This document shows positions 27,615-43,170 of a DNA stretch of 64,000 bases, in pieces; within the stretch, counting starts at the first letter, position 1, and every line of letters starts with the position of its first letter. The notes under the pieces are model-generated. The model was given only the letters and a program-made list of their open reading frames with translations. It was not told the DNA's origin and did not search any database. The translations under genes and the position numbers were made by a program. The DNA comes from the human T2T-CHM13v2.0 reference genome, Homo sapiens: the NCBI RefSeq assembly GCF_009914755.1, contig NC_060946.1. One strand, written 5' to 3'.

Positions 27615-28845
27615 CTGGGTTGCTGTGTCTGTAACCCAAGTAGAGTCTCTCCTGGGACTGCTGTGAACATACATGGATGCTACACCAGGTTAAGACCTAA
27701 TGTGCCCCAGGGGGTTGTCACATTGGGAGTAGTGGTTGTATCTCATTCTTGGGCATGGTGAATTGTGACCTGACAGTGAGGAAGTGGGACATAGGACGAG
27801 CATGTTTTTGTGGAGAGGAGAAAGGAAGGACTTTGAGGCCCATGCTGGGGCATTACAATAGTTTGGCTAGTAGAGTACAGAGCACATGCCTGAGTGGAGA
27901 GAATGAGGGGCACAGGGAAGATGGGGTGAGGGTGAGAAAGCATCAAAACAGAGGAGACCCCCCAGGTTGGCATATTGCACAAGCTGTCACTCAATAGTTC
28001 TAAGAATAGGAAAGGGAGCTGATGTTTATTAAGCACTTGTTATAGTCTATGCAATGTGTCAAACACTTCCTCTCATCAGTGACTCTTCAGCTAGTCCTAT
28101 AGCACAACAATGCTGTTATTATTTCCACTTTGCAGATGAGAAAACTGAGGGTCAAGTGGGTGACAAGACTTGCTTGGGGTCACGTTGCAAATGGTGGAGC
28201 TGGGTTGCAAGCTCCTGTCTGTGTGAATCGATGGCCCATGTTGGTAAGACCTGCTGCATGCTACCCAAGTTATGAATTTAGGGCAGGAAGAGTTTAAAGT
28301 TGAAGTATTTATGTGGTGACTTCTAAGTTCTGAGTACTACACGAGGTATTTGGGATATAAGGCCGAGTACAACCTTATTCATAAGGAGATCAATATAGTA
28401 GGGAATTAGACATTGGCAAATAATTCCTATCTGATGGGATATCTGTCTTTCCTAGTGGCTTGTACAAATGCTGGGAGCATAGAAGGGAAAGAAACTAATT
28501 CTATGAGAGGGAGCCAGAGAGCACATCATACAGGAGGTGATTATGGAATGGGGTCTTGATGGATGAGTAGAAGTTCACTTGTCAGAGAAGGGATAAGGCA
28601 GAGTAGAGCATTCCAGATGGAGCAATGGTAGGTTCAAAGGCACAGAGGCATCAAAGAACATGGCATGTTTGGGAGCTTGGGAATACTCTGGGAATTACTG
28701 ATGTGGGGTGCAAGGTGTGGGCAGCAAAAAGAAAGGGCGAGTTGGGACAGAGACTTTAAAGGACTTGATATGCGAAACAACAAAGTTGGGACTGTGGGAA
28801 CTGAGAAGACACTGAAGACTTTTCAGCAGAGGAATGACATGATCA

Positions 28846-29229
<384 letters not shown>

Positions 29230-31042
29230 CTATCTGAATCTTTAGGAGATGATGATGAAGACTAAATTTATAAAAAGATAACAGAGAGCAGAGGAAAGAT
29301 GCAAGAGATTGTATTGATGAGGTACTTGAGGCCTAGAGAAGGGATCCAGGGTAAGCTATAAATTGTTCCCACGCTACACTTCTTTGGAGACAAAATCCAG
29401 TGGCCACTTGAGAAGTTTCAAAGTCCATTTTCCCTATTTCTGCAATCACGTGGGCTAGTGGGCTGAGAAGAAATATGAGCTGCATTTCCATTTAAATTGA
29501 AATAAGACATGTCAAAGGTGGCTTAGTAATTACCAGCTGGAACAATGGCAGTATGATGTGGGAAGTGTAGTGTCAGTATATGCGGTGCAGATAATTTTTG
29601 CAGTTGAGACTTAATTATGTTGATATAATTATTCCCCTGTCAGGAAAATTGGGTGGCACAGATATGTCATATTTGTGTTTGAGCAGAAAAATGAAATGCC
29701 TTTTTTATTCAGAGAGCAACTGGGTGGTTGACTCTGGGAAGTTGGGATTGGGGCGTTTGGAGTTTACCCCAGGTCAGGATGTCTGTTTGCATCTGGGGGT
29801 TTTGTGAATCCCCTGCTCAGTTGGTATCAACTTTGAGAAGGTTGTTGGGGTCCCATGATGGCTATTCTTTGCCCCTTTCTGAGGATGCTGCATCGGAAGT
29901 CATAGGCTGGAGAGGATTTTTAGGGATGGGAAAGCTAGGAGCTCTGAATAGCAAGAGCTTTAAGGAACTTTAGAGAGATTTCTTTTTAAAATTTTTATTT
30001 GCAAACCTTGCGACTGAAAAACCCAAGGTAGAGTTGCGTGCCTTGAAGCCTGATCCCTCCTCCCTTTCCCTTCCCCTTCTCCATCCCAATGCCCCAAGAG
30101 AGCCTTAGCCACCTTCTCCATCCCTGTGTGATAAGGTCTTGAGGAGTCTGTGCCATCCACTCCTCCCCATCCATCAGGGACTCCAAGAACCAAGTACAAA
30201 GCCCCTTCCTCACCATTGAAGCTCCAGTCCCTGGCGCTATGATTACTGAAGTAGCTGGAATGATGTCCAGGCAGAAATGATCCATCTAAAGTGGATGAAA
30301 TGGAGAGAGGGGTGCACTTGATAAGAGAGAGAGGACAGGGGTAGGAAACTCCCAGGTTGTAGTTTTTTCTCTGCCACCCCGTGACTGAGCAATCTTTACC
30401 AGGTGACTTCATGCTCCAAGACTCCGTTTTGGCCCCTGGTATCTGGCATGTGTGTCCAGAGATGCTCATGGGATGTGTGAATGCACACAGTAGTGCAGCC
30501 GACTTAGGCATTCTGCAGGCAAACTCTTTATCATCTACATTTTAAACAACTCAAGTTGCCTAAATGTTAACTTTCCAGAAAGCTATAAAGACCCTCAGGC
30601 AACAGCTGAGGGCATTTTAAAACCATCAGGTTGAAAAATAAGAAGAGAAAGGAAAGACCAGAAGCAGGTGCCTGGAGCAGCAAGCCCTTCTGCCTGAAGA
30701 TAAGGGAGAATCCTGGCAGGGAAAGCTGGGTGGTGTACAGTTCCATAGAGTCCCCTGCTTGGCTGCAGAGCCAACTCCATTCTGCCTTTAATATACAAGT
30801 GTTTTACCTGAGCGTGAGTCAAATAGATGTTATCTATACTCATATGCAGAAATCAACACAGGATGGAAATACACCAACATATTCATGAAAAGCAGTTGTC
30901 CCCAAGTAATAGATTTAAGGATGATTTTCAAAGTTTTCTTTTGTCACTTTTTAAATGTTCTACATTCTCTATAGTGAATGCTATTAGAAACAGAAAAGCA
31001 AAGCAACGGTGTTTAAAAGAGAAAGAAAAGAGCACGTGGTGT

Positions 31043-31523
31043 TGTATTAGTTTTTTAGGGGAGGTATAACAAAGTGCCACCAACTGCATGGCTTAAGACA
31101 ACAGAAAGGTATTGTCCTACAGTTCTGGAGGCTGGAAGTCCAAAAAACCAAGGTGTCAGCAGGACCATGCTCTCTTCAAAGGCCCTCGGAAAGAAACTAT
31201 TCCATGCCTGTCTCCTAGCTTCTGGTGGTTCACTGGAAAGTTTTGATGTTCTTGGCTTCTAGATACATCACTCTAATCCTCAATCTTTATGTGACATTCT
31301 CCCTGTGTCCTCACATTCTCTTCCCTCTGAGTGTATCTCTGTGTCCAAGTTTCCCCTCCTTAGAAGGATACTGGTCATATTGGATTAGGACCCATCCTGC
31401 TGACTTCATTTTGACTTGATTACCTCTGTAGAGACCTTATCTCTAAATACAGTTACATTCTGAAGTCCTGGGGATTAAGACTTCAACCTGTCTTCTCTGG
31501 GGATATGATTCAACTCATAAACA
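31043..31523 (-). mobile_element. MLT1 (MaLR) LTR
   Basis: tgtattagtt...ggcttaagacaacagaaa...cagttctggaggctggaagtcc...ataaca. Confidence 0.82.
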
Positions 31524-31610
31524 GATGTGTTTCTCGAGATGAGAAGTTCTTCCTTTGTAGGTATGGGAGTCAATTGAGATGGGACAAATGTGAAGATCTT
31601 TTGATGTTAC

Positions 31611-33290
31611 TGTGACAGCCAGCCTCCCAGATGGTTCTCAGTGATCTGTGTCTCTGGCATTCACACCCCAGTGTTTTCACCTCCCATACTGCATCAGAGT
31701 TGTTCTGTGTGACATATTGATTATGTCATTGGTAATAGGTTGTCCTTTCTGAGGTTAGGCTATAAAAGACATTTGGTGGCAGCAGGATCACTTGAGGCCA
31801 GGAAGTCAAGACCAGCTTGGACAACACAGTAAGACCCCATCTCTACAAAAATAAAAATAAAAAAATTAGCCTGGTGTGATGGTACATGCCTGTAGTCCCA
31901 GGTATTCAGGAGGCTGAGGCAGGAGGATCACGTGGGATCAGGAGTTTGTGGCTGCAGTGAGCCATCATGGTGCCACAGCACTCCAGCCTGGGCTACAAAG
32001 TGAGACCCTGTGTCTAAAGAATGATCATAAAGATACATAATAAAAAGACATTTGGCTTCTGCTGTGTTCTCTCTTGGATCACTTGCTATGGGAAAACCAT
32101 CCACTGTGTCATGAGGACACTGAAGCAGCTCAGCGGGTGTATTAGTCCGTTCTTGCATTGCTATAATGAACTACCTGAGACTGGGTGATTTATAAAGAAA
32201 AGAGGTGTAATTGGCTCATAGTTCTGAGGCTGTACAGGAAGCATGGCTAAGGAGGCCTCAGGAAGCACAATCATGGCAGAAGTTGAAGGGGAAGCAGGCG
32301 GTCCCTACATGGCTGGAGCAGGAGGAAGAGAGAAAAGGGGGAGGTGCTACCAGATCTTATGAGATCTTATTTGCTAACATGAGAGCAGCAAAGGGGAAAT
32401 CCACCCCCATGATCCAATCACCTCCCACCAGGCCGGCCCCTCTTCCAACACTGGGGATTACAATTTACCATGAGATTTGGGCAGGGACACAGATCCAAAC
32501 CACATCAGTGGGAGATCCACGAGGCAGAGAACTGAGCCTTCCTGCCAACAGCTAGTGAGGAAGTGAGGCCTCCAGCCAGTAGCCACATCAGTGAGCCTGC
32601 TTGGAAGGGGACCCTCCAGCTGCAGTCAAGCCTGCAGACAACCAAAGCCCTGGCTGGCATTTCGATAGATCCTGTCTTCATTCCCTACTGCTGCTGCAAC
32701 AAGCAACCACTAACACAGTATCTTAAAACAACACAGATTTATTCTTTTAGAGCTCTAGAGATCAGATGTCCAAGATGAGTCCAAAGGCATTCAAAATTAA
32801 GGTATCATCAGGATTGGTGCCTTCTGGAGGCCCTAGGGGACAATCTGTTCCAGCCTCTTCTAGCTTCTAGTGTCTGCCAGCATTTCTTGGCTCCTGGATG
32901 CACCACTCCAATCTCTGCTTCCATCCACATCCACATTGCTGCTTTCTCCCCCACTGACCCCCTTGCCTCCATCTTCAAAGACCCTTATGATTGAGTATTT
33001 TAGGGACTACCTGGAGAATCCAGGACAATCTCCCCCTACCTCAAGATCCTTAAGATACTCATATCTGCAAGATGCCTTTTGCCATACAAGGGAACGGATT
33101 TACATGTTGCCGGATTAGATCATAGACATCTTTGGGAGGACTTTATACACGCTGCCAAATACCTTGAGCCAGAACCACCCAGATAAGCCACTCCTGAATT
33201 CTCAACCCACAGAAACCATGAGAGATAATAAATGATATTAGATATTTCAAAACTCTAAGTGTTCGGGTAACCTAGTATACAGCAATACAT
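31611..33290. mobile_element. Nested cluster: MLT1-type LTR host containing a truncated Alu (~31776-32046), an MST LTR (~32138-32507) and a second MLT1 LTR (~32672-33160)
   Basis: Host fragments resume on both sides of each insert; the Alu has TSD aaaagacatttgg; MST ends tgtattagtccgttcttgcattgctata...atccaaaccacatca. Confidence 0.72.
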
Positions 33291-33358
33291 AACTAGTACA
33301 GAATAGGGATCTGTAATCCTGCACTTGATTCTGCAGCCTTGAAAATAATAATTCTGGT

Positions 33359-33654
33359 GGCCGAGCACAGTGGTTCACACCTCTAATCCCAACAGTGGGA
33401 GGCAGAGATGGGAGGATCACTTGAGGGCCAGAGTTCAAGGTCAGCCAGGGCAACATAGTGAGACCCCATCTCTAAAAAAATGAAAAAACCTAAGTGGATG
33501 TGGTGATGTGCACCTGTGGTCCTAGCTACTGAGTAGGCTGAGGCAGGAGGATCATCTGAACCCAGGAGTTCAAGGCTGCAGTGAGCTATGATCACACTAC
33601 TGCATTCTAGCTTGGGTGACAGGGTGAAACTCTGTCTCTAAAATTAAAAAAAAA
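33359..33654 (+). mobile_element. Alu (J-type)
   Basis: Sense Alu; TSD ataattctgg. Confidence 0.93.
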
Positions 33655-34764
33655 TTCATAATTCTGGATGTCTTACAACTTTTTCCTCAAAATATGGACA
33701 TGGAAAAGTGTGCAAATCACGTAAGTGAACAGTTTGATGAATTTGTACGGACTGAAAACCCTGTTGTCTGTCTGAAATAATGAAGCCTAAAATGATCCTG
33801 GATCCTTCAGAGCTCTGGGCCAGTCATTGCCTGTTCACTTTCAGATCCACTCCTACCCCTTCTCTGTTCTGCTGTAGAATTACAGAAAAGGACATTTCCT
33901 GGTTTCCTTGACTTCTGGTAGGTTCTGCCAATGAAAGGCAGTGATGGACACCTGAAGGTCAAAAGAAAGGGAGAAGACAGGATATCTTTCTTTGGCACTG
34001 CCTTGAGGCATCCATGGAAGCAGCAGTACCTCCTTTTAATCCAGATCTTATCAGGGACTCTCCTCCTCCATGAAGCCCATTTCCTCTGGGCAGCGCTATT
34101 GAGGTCTCACTTCCCATTGGATGGCCCAACTCCTTGGCTTTTTTGTCCAGCCCTAGGTTGGCAGTGCCTTCCTGCTGTTGCTAATCTCTCCTGGCTTTCC
34201 CAAAGCATTCTGTAAAATCCTTCCAGCTTCAACAAAACAAGTAATAGATTCTTAGACATCATTTTCTGAAAAATGAAGTTGTCCTCACTAAACACCAGCA
34301 GCCCTCGTATTTCCCGTGTCTTTACTTAGAAAGAAGGAAATAGGAACCTGTGGACCAAGTACGTGCTACCAATTTAGGTAGGTGAGGTGTACACAATTTT
34401 ACATTATTTCATTTGTTCCTTGTAACACCTTTTGTCAAGGAATAATACAGTACTGTCATTTTACCAGATGAGGAACTGAAGGTAAGAAAGGATTAGTAAC
34501 TCTTTGGGATTTGCGTAGCTGCTTCAGGGTTCATCTTGTTCCAAAGCCAGTTCTGTTCCTGCTGTTTGTGATGTTAGCAGTTTGCATCTCTCCCTCTCCC
34601 CACTCACCAGGGCCTCTCTGGAAGTGTGATTAGCTTCAGCTTCACTCGGATCCACACAATACTCACCAATCTTTAAGGAGAAATAAACCTGCGAACCAAC
34701 TAACTAATATAAATATCTTCTTTGAGGATTTGAATACCATTTCTAGGAGGATTGGGATCATTTA

Positions 34765-35085
<321 letters not shown>

Positions 35086-35396
35086 GTGTAGCAGAGTTGA
35101 GAGTTCTGATCGATGCTGGCAGATGAAGCACAGGACAGCACTGGAATGAAACACTTGGCTTGGTGAGTTGAGATAATGGATTCTAGCCCCTGATTGCTTG
35201 GGTCTCTGCTATGATTGATTAGACATGCCTGCCATGTGTGAAGAAAAGGACAGGAGGTATTGTTGGGTATTTGCTGACCCTTTAGAAATTGTGAAGGCCC
35301 CAACTTTTAATCTGTCACTTTCTAGCTGTATGAATTTGGGACCTTTGATGAGTCTCTCTGTGTCTGCTATCACATCATAAAAATAGAATAATACTG

Positions 35397-35779
<383 letters not shown>

Positions 35780-35822
35780 TTAGGGCCACTCCAACTCTTT
35801 CCTTTCCCAAAGTGGAGCTTAA

Positions 35823-36202
<380 letters not shown>

Positions 36203-39200
36203 ACAGGGCTTTTATTCCCCCACTTCACACCCTCCAGCGTCAGCCTCATTTCTCCCAGGCAAGTGACCCTCGGACAATTTGAAGGAAGCAATGGCAGTTC
36301 CTCATAGCCTTTCTTTCTGGGAAAGATTCCCTCACCTGGCATCATTGGATGAAACAGGAACAATTAGAAGCAAAGCTGGACAGAGCCATGGACTGCCGTC
36401 AGGAGACCTGAGCTTAGCTCTAGATCTTTTCTTGGTTGTGTGTCCCTAGGCAAATGAGTTAACCTCTCTGAGCCTCAGCCTGCTCATCTGTAAAATGGAC
36501 AGGACAAAGTGATGAAGATTACCTCTCAGCATGGAGCAGGTGGATGAGGAGATTGTTCATTATAGCATCAGAGAGGAATAAAGTATATATTTTTTAACTT
36601 GCCTATGATAAAGATAATTCTTATTCTTTACAGAAAATCTTGAGGAGTGCTCAAAGGAATGTAAAAATTGCCTGATATCTTACCACAGAGAGATAATAGC
36701 CATTGCTACCACTTTGTTGCAATAATCTCAGCTCACTTTTTATGTTTCTATAGTACTTGACTCTGAGGGTTTCAATAAAGATTAAATGAGATAAAATATT
36801 TTGAACATTTAGCAGACTGCCTGTGTATGCAAGAAATGTATCTAAATATATTCACTTATTTAACACGTATTTATTATGTTCAAGGTTTGTTAAACATTTA
36901 AGGATATGAAAATACTTGATTATTTTCATCAGGTTTCAGGATATACCCTGATCTATAGGATAAAGTACGTGTTACAGGCAAAATTCAACTCCATTCGATT
37001 TTCAAGTTGAAGCCAGAAGGGATTGCTGTTTGCTAATTCTAATCAGCAACCAGATTCTAATAAATACGTCCTTAATATTTGTTAGGTATGCTATGTGCCA
37101 GATGCTGGAAATATTTGGGTGTGTATCTACACATGCATGTATTGTACACACACGTTTGCATATATACATGTTTATATATATTTATAATAGCATATGTGTG
37201 TGTAATTTTTTTCAGCACCAGGCTCTGTAACATTTTCTGCTTGTCTTTGCTAAATCAGAAGAAAGCAACAAGATGAATTTTCGTCAAGTTTCAAAAGTGT
37301 TTCGAGATAGTCTGATCTATAGTGTAAATTGTGTGGCACAGGTGAAATTAACTTTGGGGGGCCTTGGGAGACACCTCAGAAGGTTTGAGAGGCAACCTCC
37401 AGAGCTGCAGAAATTAACAAATGAGAGTCTTGTCCATTTGCAGAGAGGAGAGGGTCCTCTGAAGATTGAGATGCTCTGGGCAGAGAAAACAAACAACAAA
37501 CAACAGTTTTAAATATTAGCCTCTAATTGAACATCACAAGAGGAGATGATTTTAATTGCAGCCATTAATTATCATATGAACTGCTTCTCACATGGGCAAC
37601 TCTGTGATATGCTCCAGAGGGAGTAGCCCGGGGGTTTAACAAGAAATCATAGTTCTCTCAAGTGATGCTGGGGAGGTCGGCAAGTATGCATATTATCTAC
37701 ATTCTACATATTATTGTACTGATCTCTGTATACACGATATATATATCCTCCATATATTACATATGTATCATGTATATTATGTATGCATTAGAATGTATAA
37801 TTTATCCCTTATCCTTCCCTCATTCGCCACTAATAGTCATACAATAGCACCATTCATTTCATCCCCAAACATGTATTGAGTACCTCCTGTGTTCCAGACA
37901 CTGGTAATACAGATGATTTCCCTGCAAGAACATAAGCTCTGTGGAAGTGAGGACTTTATTTGTATTGCCGGCACCTAGATCAGTGCTGCGCCTCATAGGT
38001 GCTCAACAAATGTTTATTAAATGTATGCGTGTATGCATGAATGAATAATATATGAATATATAATATATACCAGGATATATGGATGTTGTTTGTCTACAGT
38101 GTGTACACCATTATATTGTAGTTTTAGATTATCCCGGGAATGTGGTGTATATCTTAGTGGATTTCTGCTATCTATGCATCTAACTATCTAAATCATTTTG
38201 TATCCTAATTATCCCCCACCTCCCAATTTCTCTCCATGCTTCAAATCTCTAAAGAGAGCTAATAACAGAGAAGACTAAGCTCACAATCGACCTCAGCACA
38301 CAACCCCATTTTCATGGAGCAGCCCTGAGCCAAGCCCGAGCAAGCGTGATTGTCAGATGCTGTCGTTGCCTCCCGCCCACTTCCTGTTTCATGAGAGGGG
38401 CACTGGCTCACTTCCCCTTCTGCTTGTGCATCCCTTCCGTGTCTCCGGAGGGGTCTCTGGCTGGGGCCTTGTATTATCTGCCCCAGGGAGACTGTTTGGG
38501 GCACTGCGTTTGTTTAGCCTAATGAAATGGTCTCTGCAATCAGCAGACTCCATTTGGTTTTGGAGTTGAAGCAGGAAAGATTTGCTGATTGCTGATTACA
38601 CCAACACTAAATTTCTCCAAGCTTTCTCCTCAGGGTGCGCCCACTGAGTCTGATGCTTCCCTAGCAGATGGAGGATGGGATGCAGAGGGCGGCAAGGGGG
38701 CAATGGTGGAGGGTGGAAGGTAGTGGCAGATCCACGAACCCTGTCCTTGGTCCACATACTCTGGCCTAACTAATGATGGCTTTCTGGTTCTCACCTCTTC
38801 TTGCTGTGTCTAAGCCAACTCACCTTCTATGCAGCCCTTGTTTTTTTCATGTCTTTTCTATGTAGGATAGTGAAAAATCTTCAGAGCCAGAGTCCTGCAT
38901 TCCAATGTTTTTATTTGGTTTGTGACCTTGGCAAATCTCCACAGTGACCTGGGGATGACACTGTTCTTCCTGAGACTCCTTCTCCTATGAGAATTAAAGG
39001 ATAGCTATGCCACTGTTGGTCAAGTTTCCACTCTGCCAAGCTCATTTACTCCTCGCAAAAGCCCTGTGAGGGAGGGTCTGCTACTGGCCCCATTTCCCCA
39101 GTGAGACAACTGAGGGTCAGAGAGGTTCTGTAACTTGCTGGAGGTCACACAGCCAGTGAGCAGCAGAGTTGGGATTTGAACCCCGGCAGCTCGGCTCCAG

Positions 39201-39770
39201 AGCCTACTTTCACTTTTATGATATTGTGGATTTGACTCATTTTAGACTCCTATTTCTTCTGCCCACTTGCTTAGTCCCAGCCGAGGCCCACCCATCCCTG
39301 AGACACTGTGCCTCTTTCTGTCTCTCTCCTCTACCCTCCAGGAAGCTCCCTGAGGATGTGGACTGTACACCTTGCTGCTCCTGCATGACACTGACATGGG
39401 CAAGGTTCACCTAAGCAAAACGAGGAGGGGATGTCTGTACCCTTTTCTCATGTCTCAGCACATGTGACTTAAAGGGTTCCCACTTAAGAACCCAAGACCT
39501 GGATGCACATCTCAGCTTTGTGGTCTCCCGGCGGCGTGACCTCAGACAGGTCATTTGGTTAGACATTCGTTGAACCAATGCTTTTAGGATTCACTGTACT
39601 TAACACATAACCCACAATGGCCCAGATGTGTGGACTTGGGATAGAATCTAAGACAGAAATACAGATTTTTCTGCCTCTGTGTCTTACAAAGATACAGGTG
39701 CCACATCTGGGAGAAAGTGGCTAATGCCCAGTGACACTGTTGTCCTGGTCCAGTAGAACAGAGTGGAGCT

Positions 39771-40058
39771 GGCCGGGCGTGGTGGCTCACGCCTGTACTC
39801 CCAGCACTTTAGGAGGCCGAGGCGGGTGGATCACGAGGTCAGGAAATCAAGACCATCCTGGCTAACACGGTGAAACCCTGTCTCTACTAAAAATACAAAA
39901 AAAAAAAAAAAAAAAAAAAAAAAGCCAGCGTGGTGGCAGGTGCCTGTAGTGCCAGTTACTTGGGAGGCTGAGGCAGGAGAATGGCTTGAACCTGGGAGGC
40001 GGAGCTTGCAGTAAGCCGAGATAGTGAGACTCCGTCTCAAAAAAAAAAAAAAAAAAAA
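39771..40058 (+). mobile_element. Young Alu (Y/Sc-like) with a long A linker and a right-arm deletion
   Basis: ggatcacgaggtcagga and atcctggctaacacgg diagnostics; TSD agagtggagc; lacks the ccactgcactccagcctggg segment. Confidence 0.92.
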
Positions 40059-40652
40059 AGAGTGGAGCCTGGGCAGATGCTCCCAGAAGCTGCCGGGATT
40101 TTGCACCTAGCTGTTTTCTAGGTGCATTTATGAGCTGACATGCTGATGTCCTGGGGTGAGCACCCCCTCCTTCACAGTCCCTCAGTGTCTTTTGTTTCCT
40201 CTGACAGCCTGGGGGCCCCAACCTCGGGTTGTCTCTCACCTTGTCAAGGCTGAGATGGGGATTTCACAGTTGGTGGCTTCAATCAACTGGGATGGACTGG
40301 CAGCTCCTTCTCATGCCACCACCACGGCGTCCTTCCCGCCACCCCTTCTCCCTCTCATCAGCTTGACCTGGCCCTTAGGCTTACTCAGTCTTTGCCTGCT
40401 GCCTCTCTCTCTCTCTTTAAAATCAGAAAACACTGGAAAGGCACAGACTTACAATAATGTGAATGGGCAAGCCAATGTGCAGAGAGCTGAGTGTGTCCCT
40501 GTAATGGTCCTCGCTGACTTCCATTGGGGAATGCAGTCATAGCCCCAGAAAGAGCACTGGACTGGGAGCCACCAAGCCCAGGGTTCAGATCCCAGCTCTG
40601 CGCCTTTCCTGAGTGACCTCGCTGACTGACCTTGCTGGCTTTAGTTTCCTCA

Positions 40653-41037
<385 letters not shown>

Positions 41038-41564
41038 TCATTTTCACTTAGCTACTCAGTTCCATGGGGAGCTGGGAATTGCGCTTTGACCCCACATCCT
41101 CAAATTTCTCCCCTCCCACTGTCCTCAGGTGGTATGTATGTTCCTTTACACAGCAGTCCAAAAATAAACTTTACATAATTAGAGCCGGTTACAAGAAAAA
41201 TCCCATCTATAACCCCGCTTTGCCCCATCCATAAATATTCTCAATTCTCCATGAGTGTTATTTGCATAGACTTGAGCATGATACTGCTCGGATCTATTCC
41301 GTTTGCTTCATGTTATTTCAAAGAAGCACTCCACGCTGCCACAATTCTTATTTCTAATGTTGATGTCTGCCTAAGAGCATCAAAGTGACACACTGTGATT
41401 TCCCTAACCATTCCCAATTGCTGGGTGATGAGGCAGATCCCAGCCTCTCCTTGTCATCAGTAGCACTGCTGCAAACATCCTCGGGCATAGAGCTGTGTTC
41501 TGTGTCTTGATTTATCCCCCGTAAGATGAATTAATTACCAGGAGGTTAGATGCTGGGTCTCACC

Positions 41565-41770
41565 CAGGGTTTCAGACTCAGCACCGTGGACATTCAGGCC
41601 GGATAATTCTTTGTGGGATTGTCCTGTGCCTTGTAGGATGTTGAACAGCATCTCTGGCCTCTACCCACCAGATGCCAGCAGCATTTCCCCAAGTTGCGAC
41701 TGCCAAAAATGTCTCCAGACATGACCAAATGTCCCCTGGGGGGCAAAATCACTCTTAGGTAACAATCATT
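41565..41770. mobile_element. MER20
   Basis: aaaaatgtctccagacatgaccaaatgtcccctggggggcaaaatcac. Confidence 0.82.
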
Positions 41771-42629
41771 ATGTGTTAAAGGGTAGCAATGTGTAGGTTG
41801 CAAATTAAAGTCAGAGATTTTCCCAAGAGTCCAGATAAAATCCAATTAGAAAAGTACCAGAAAGTATTGATCACGAAGATGAGCACTGAGAGGGGCGTCA
41901 GAGGCACCGAGCTTGAGTTCCAGCTCCGCCATGAAGTCTTTGCTTCTTAAGGCCTCAGTTCCTCATCTGTGAAATGGGAGAAGAGTAAAGACTCACCTGC
42001 TGGGCCTGTGAGGCATGAGTGAGATCCTGGCTGCAAAATACTCAACACAGCTCTGGCCACAGAAAGAGCTCCGTAAATGCCCATCGCGCTTGCCTGTTCT
42101 GGAGGGAGCCCAGCTGGGTTTTTCATCTTTGCTTTTGCTGCTGTGAGGACAGCAAGGTGGGGGTGTTTAGGGGACAGACTTGAAACTATCTTTGTTATGT
42201 TCTCCCCATGACCTCCTGCACCAGATTTATCCTTGAGGCTCAGCTTCCTAAACCAGACTCCATGACCCTTCTTGGTTTTTACGTTTACTCCTCCATCCAA
42301 GATGGGCTGAGTATCCACTGTGCGTGGTGGTGCAGATTCAGAGCATGGCCCTGGGGTCAGATGCATTGGGAGCAGCACCCCCTGCACAGGTGAGCAAGCT
42401 CTGTGTGCCATGCCCTGGAGTATCTATTCCCTCCTCTATGAAACTTGGAACACCTGGTTGAGGATCCCATAAATCTGTCCGCAGAGAGAGCCTCTCACGG
42501 AGAACTTACCACTTCATAGGTGCTCAGTGAACACTAGGCTCAGCCTGGGGCGTGTCTCTTCCCCAGTGCATGCATGGGTGGTGCATTTCTTGCCCAAGGC
42601 CAACGTGTGTTTGCATCTTCTGTCCCCAG

Positions 42630-42760
42630 GAGAAGTACGTGGAGGAACTTGCAGCAGTGAGGCAAACCCTCCAGACAGACCTGGAGACATCCATTCGGCG
42701 GATTGCCGACCTGCAGGCTGCCTTGGAAGAAGTGGCATCCAGTGACAGTGATACTGAGAG
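42630..42760 (+). CDS. MYO18B: MYO18B coding exon (~exon 40), end of coiled coil: EKYVEELAAVRQTLQTDLETSIRRIADLQAALEEVASSDSDTE(S)
   Basis: Acceptor tgtccccag|, donor GAG|gtaact; 131 nt, phase 0-2; LQTDLETSIRRIADLQAAL parallels the MYO18A tail end (LQADLKLAFKRIGDLQAAI, from recall). Confidence 0.95.
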
Positions 42761-43089
42761 GTAACTTGCTAGGGGCTCGGCGGGGCTGGGCGCAGCAGGT
42801 GGGCGGCATCCTGGGGAGCTCTATGCCCTTTAGCCGGGCTGGGGCCACATTCACTGGGAAACCCAAAGATGTTCGGGGGCTGGAGGCACCCCTCGTTTAC
42901 TTGGGTAAGGAGAGACTGGATGTTGCCCTGCTGGTTTAACCTCTCCTTGCTGTTGCTAAAACCTCTCAGTCCAGCTTACCAAGCCTTTGGTGAGGCAATG
43001 TGACTGGAACAAGGACTAGCGTATGGTCTTCTACAAGTTCCATGTCCAATCTTGGCCTAATTCTCTCATCTGTAAAATGGGCATAATAA

Positions 43090-43170
43090 TATTAGGATGA
43101 ATCACATGCAATTGCCAAGATTGGACTATTTTTGACCTACAGACTGGAAGTTTCATATATTCAATCTACT
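43090..43170. mobile_element. MADE2 MITE
   Basis: tattaggatgaatcacatgcaattgcc...tttttgacctac...tttcatatattcaatcta. Confidence 0.7.

Noticed and set aside
27477-27761. (LY)n and (CI)n ORFs
   Set aside because: Translations of the hexamer microsatellite.
29960-30511. 183-aa minus-strand ORF, the longest in the window
   Set aside because: No recognisable homology or exon signals; expected by chance in 64 kb.
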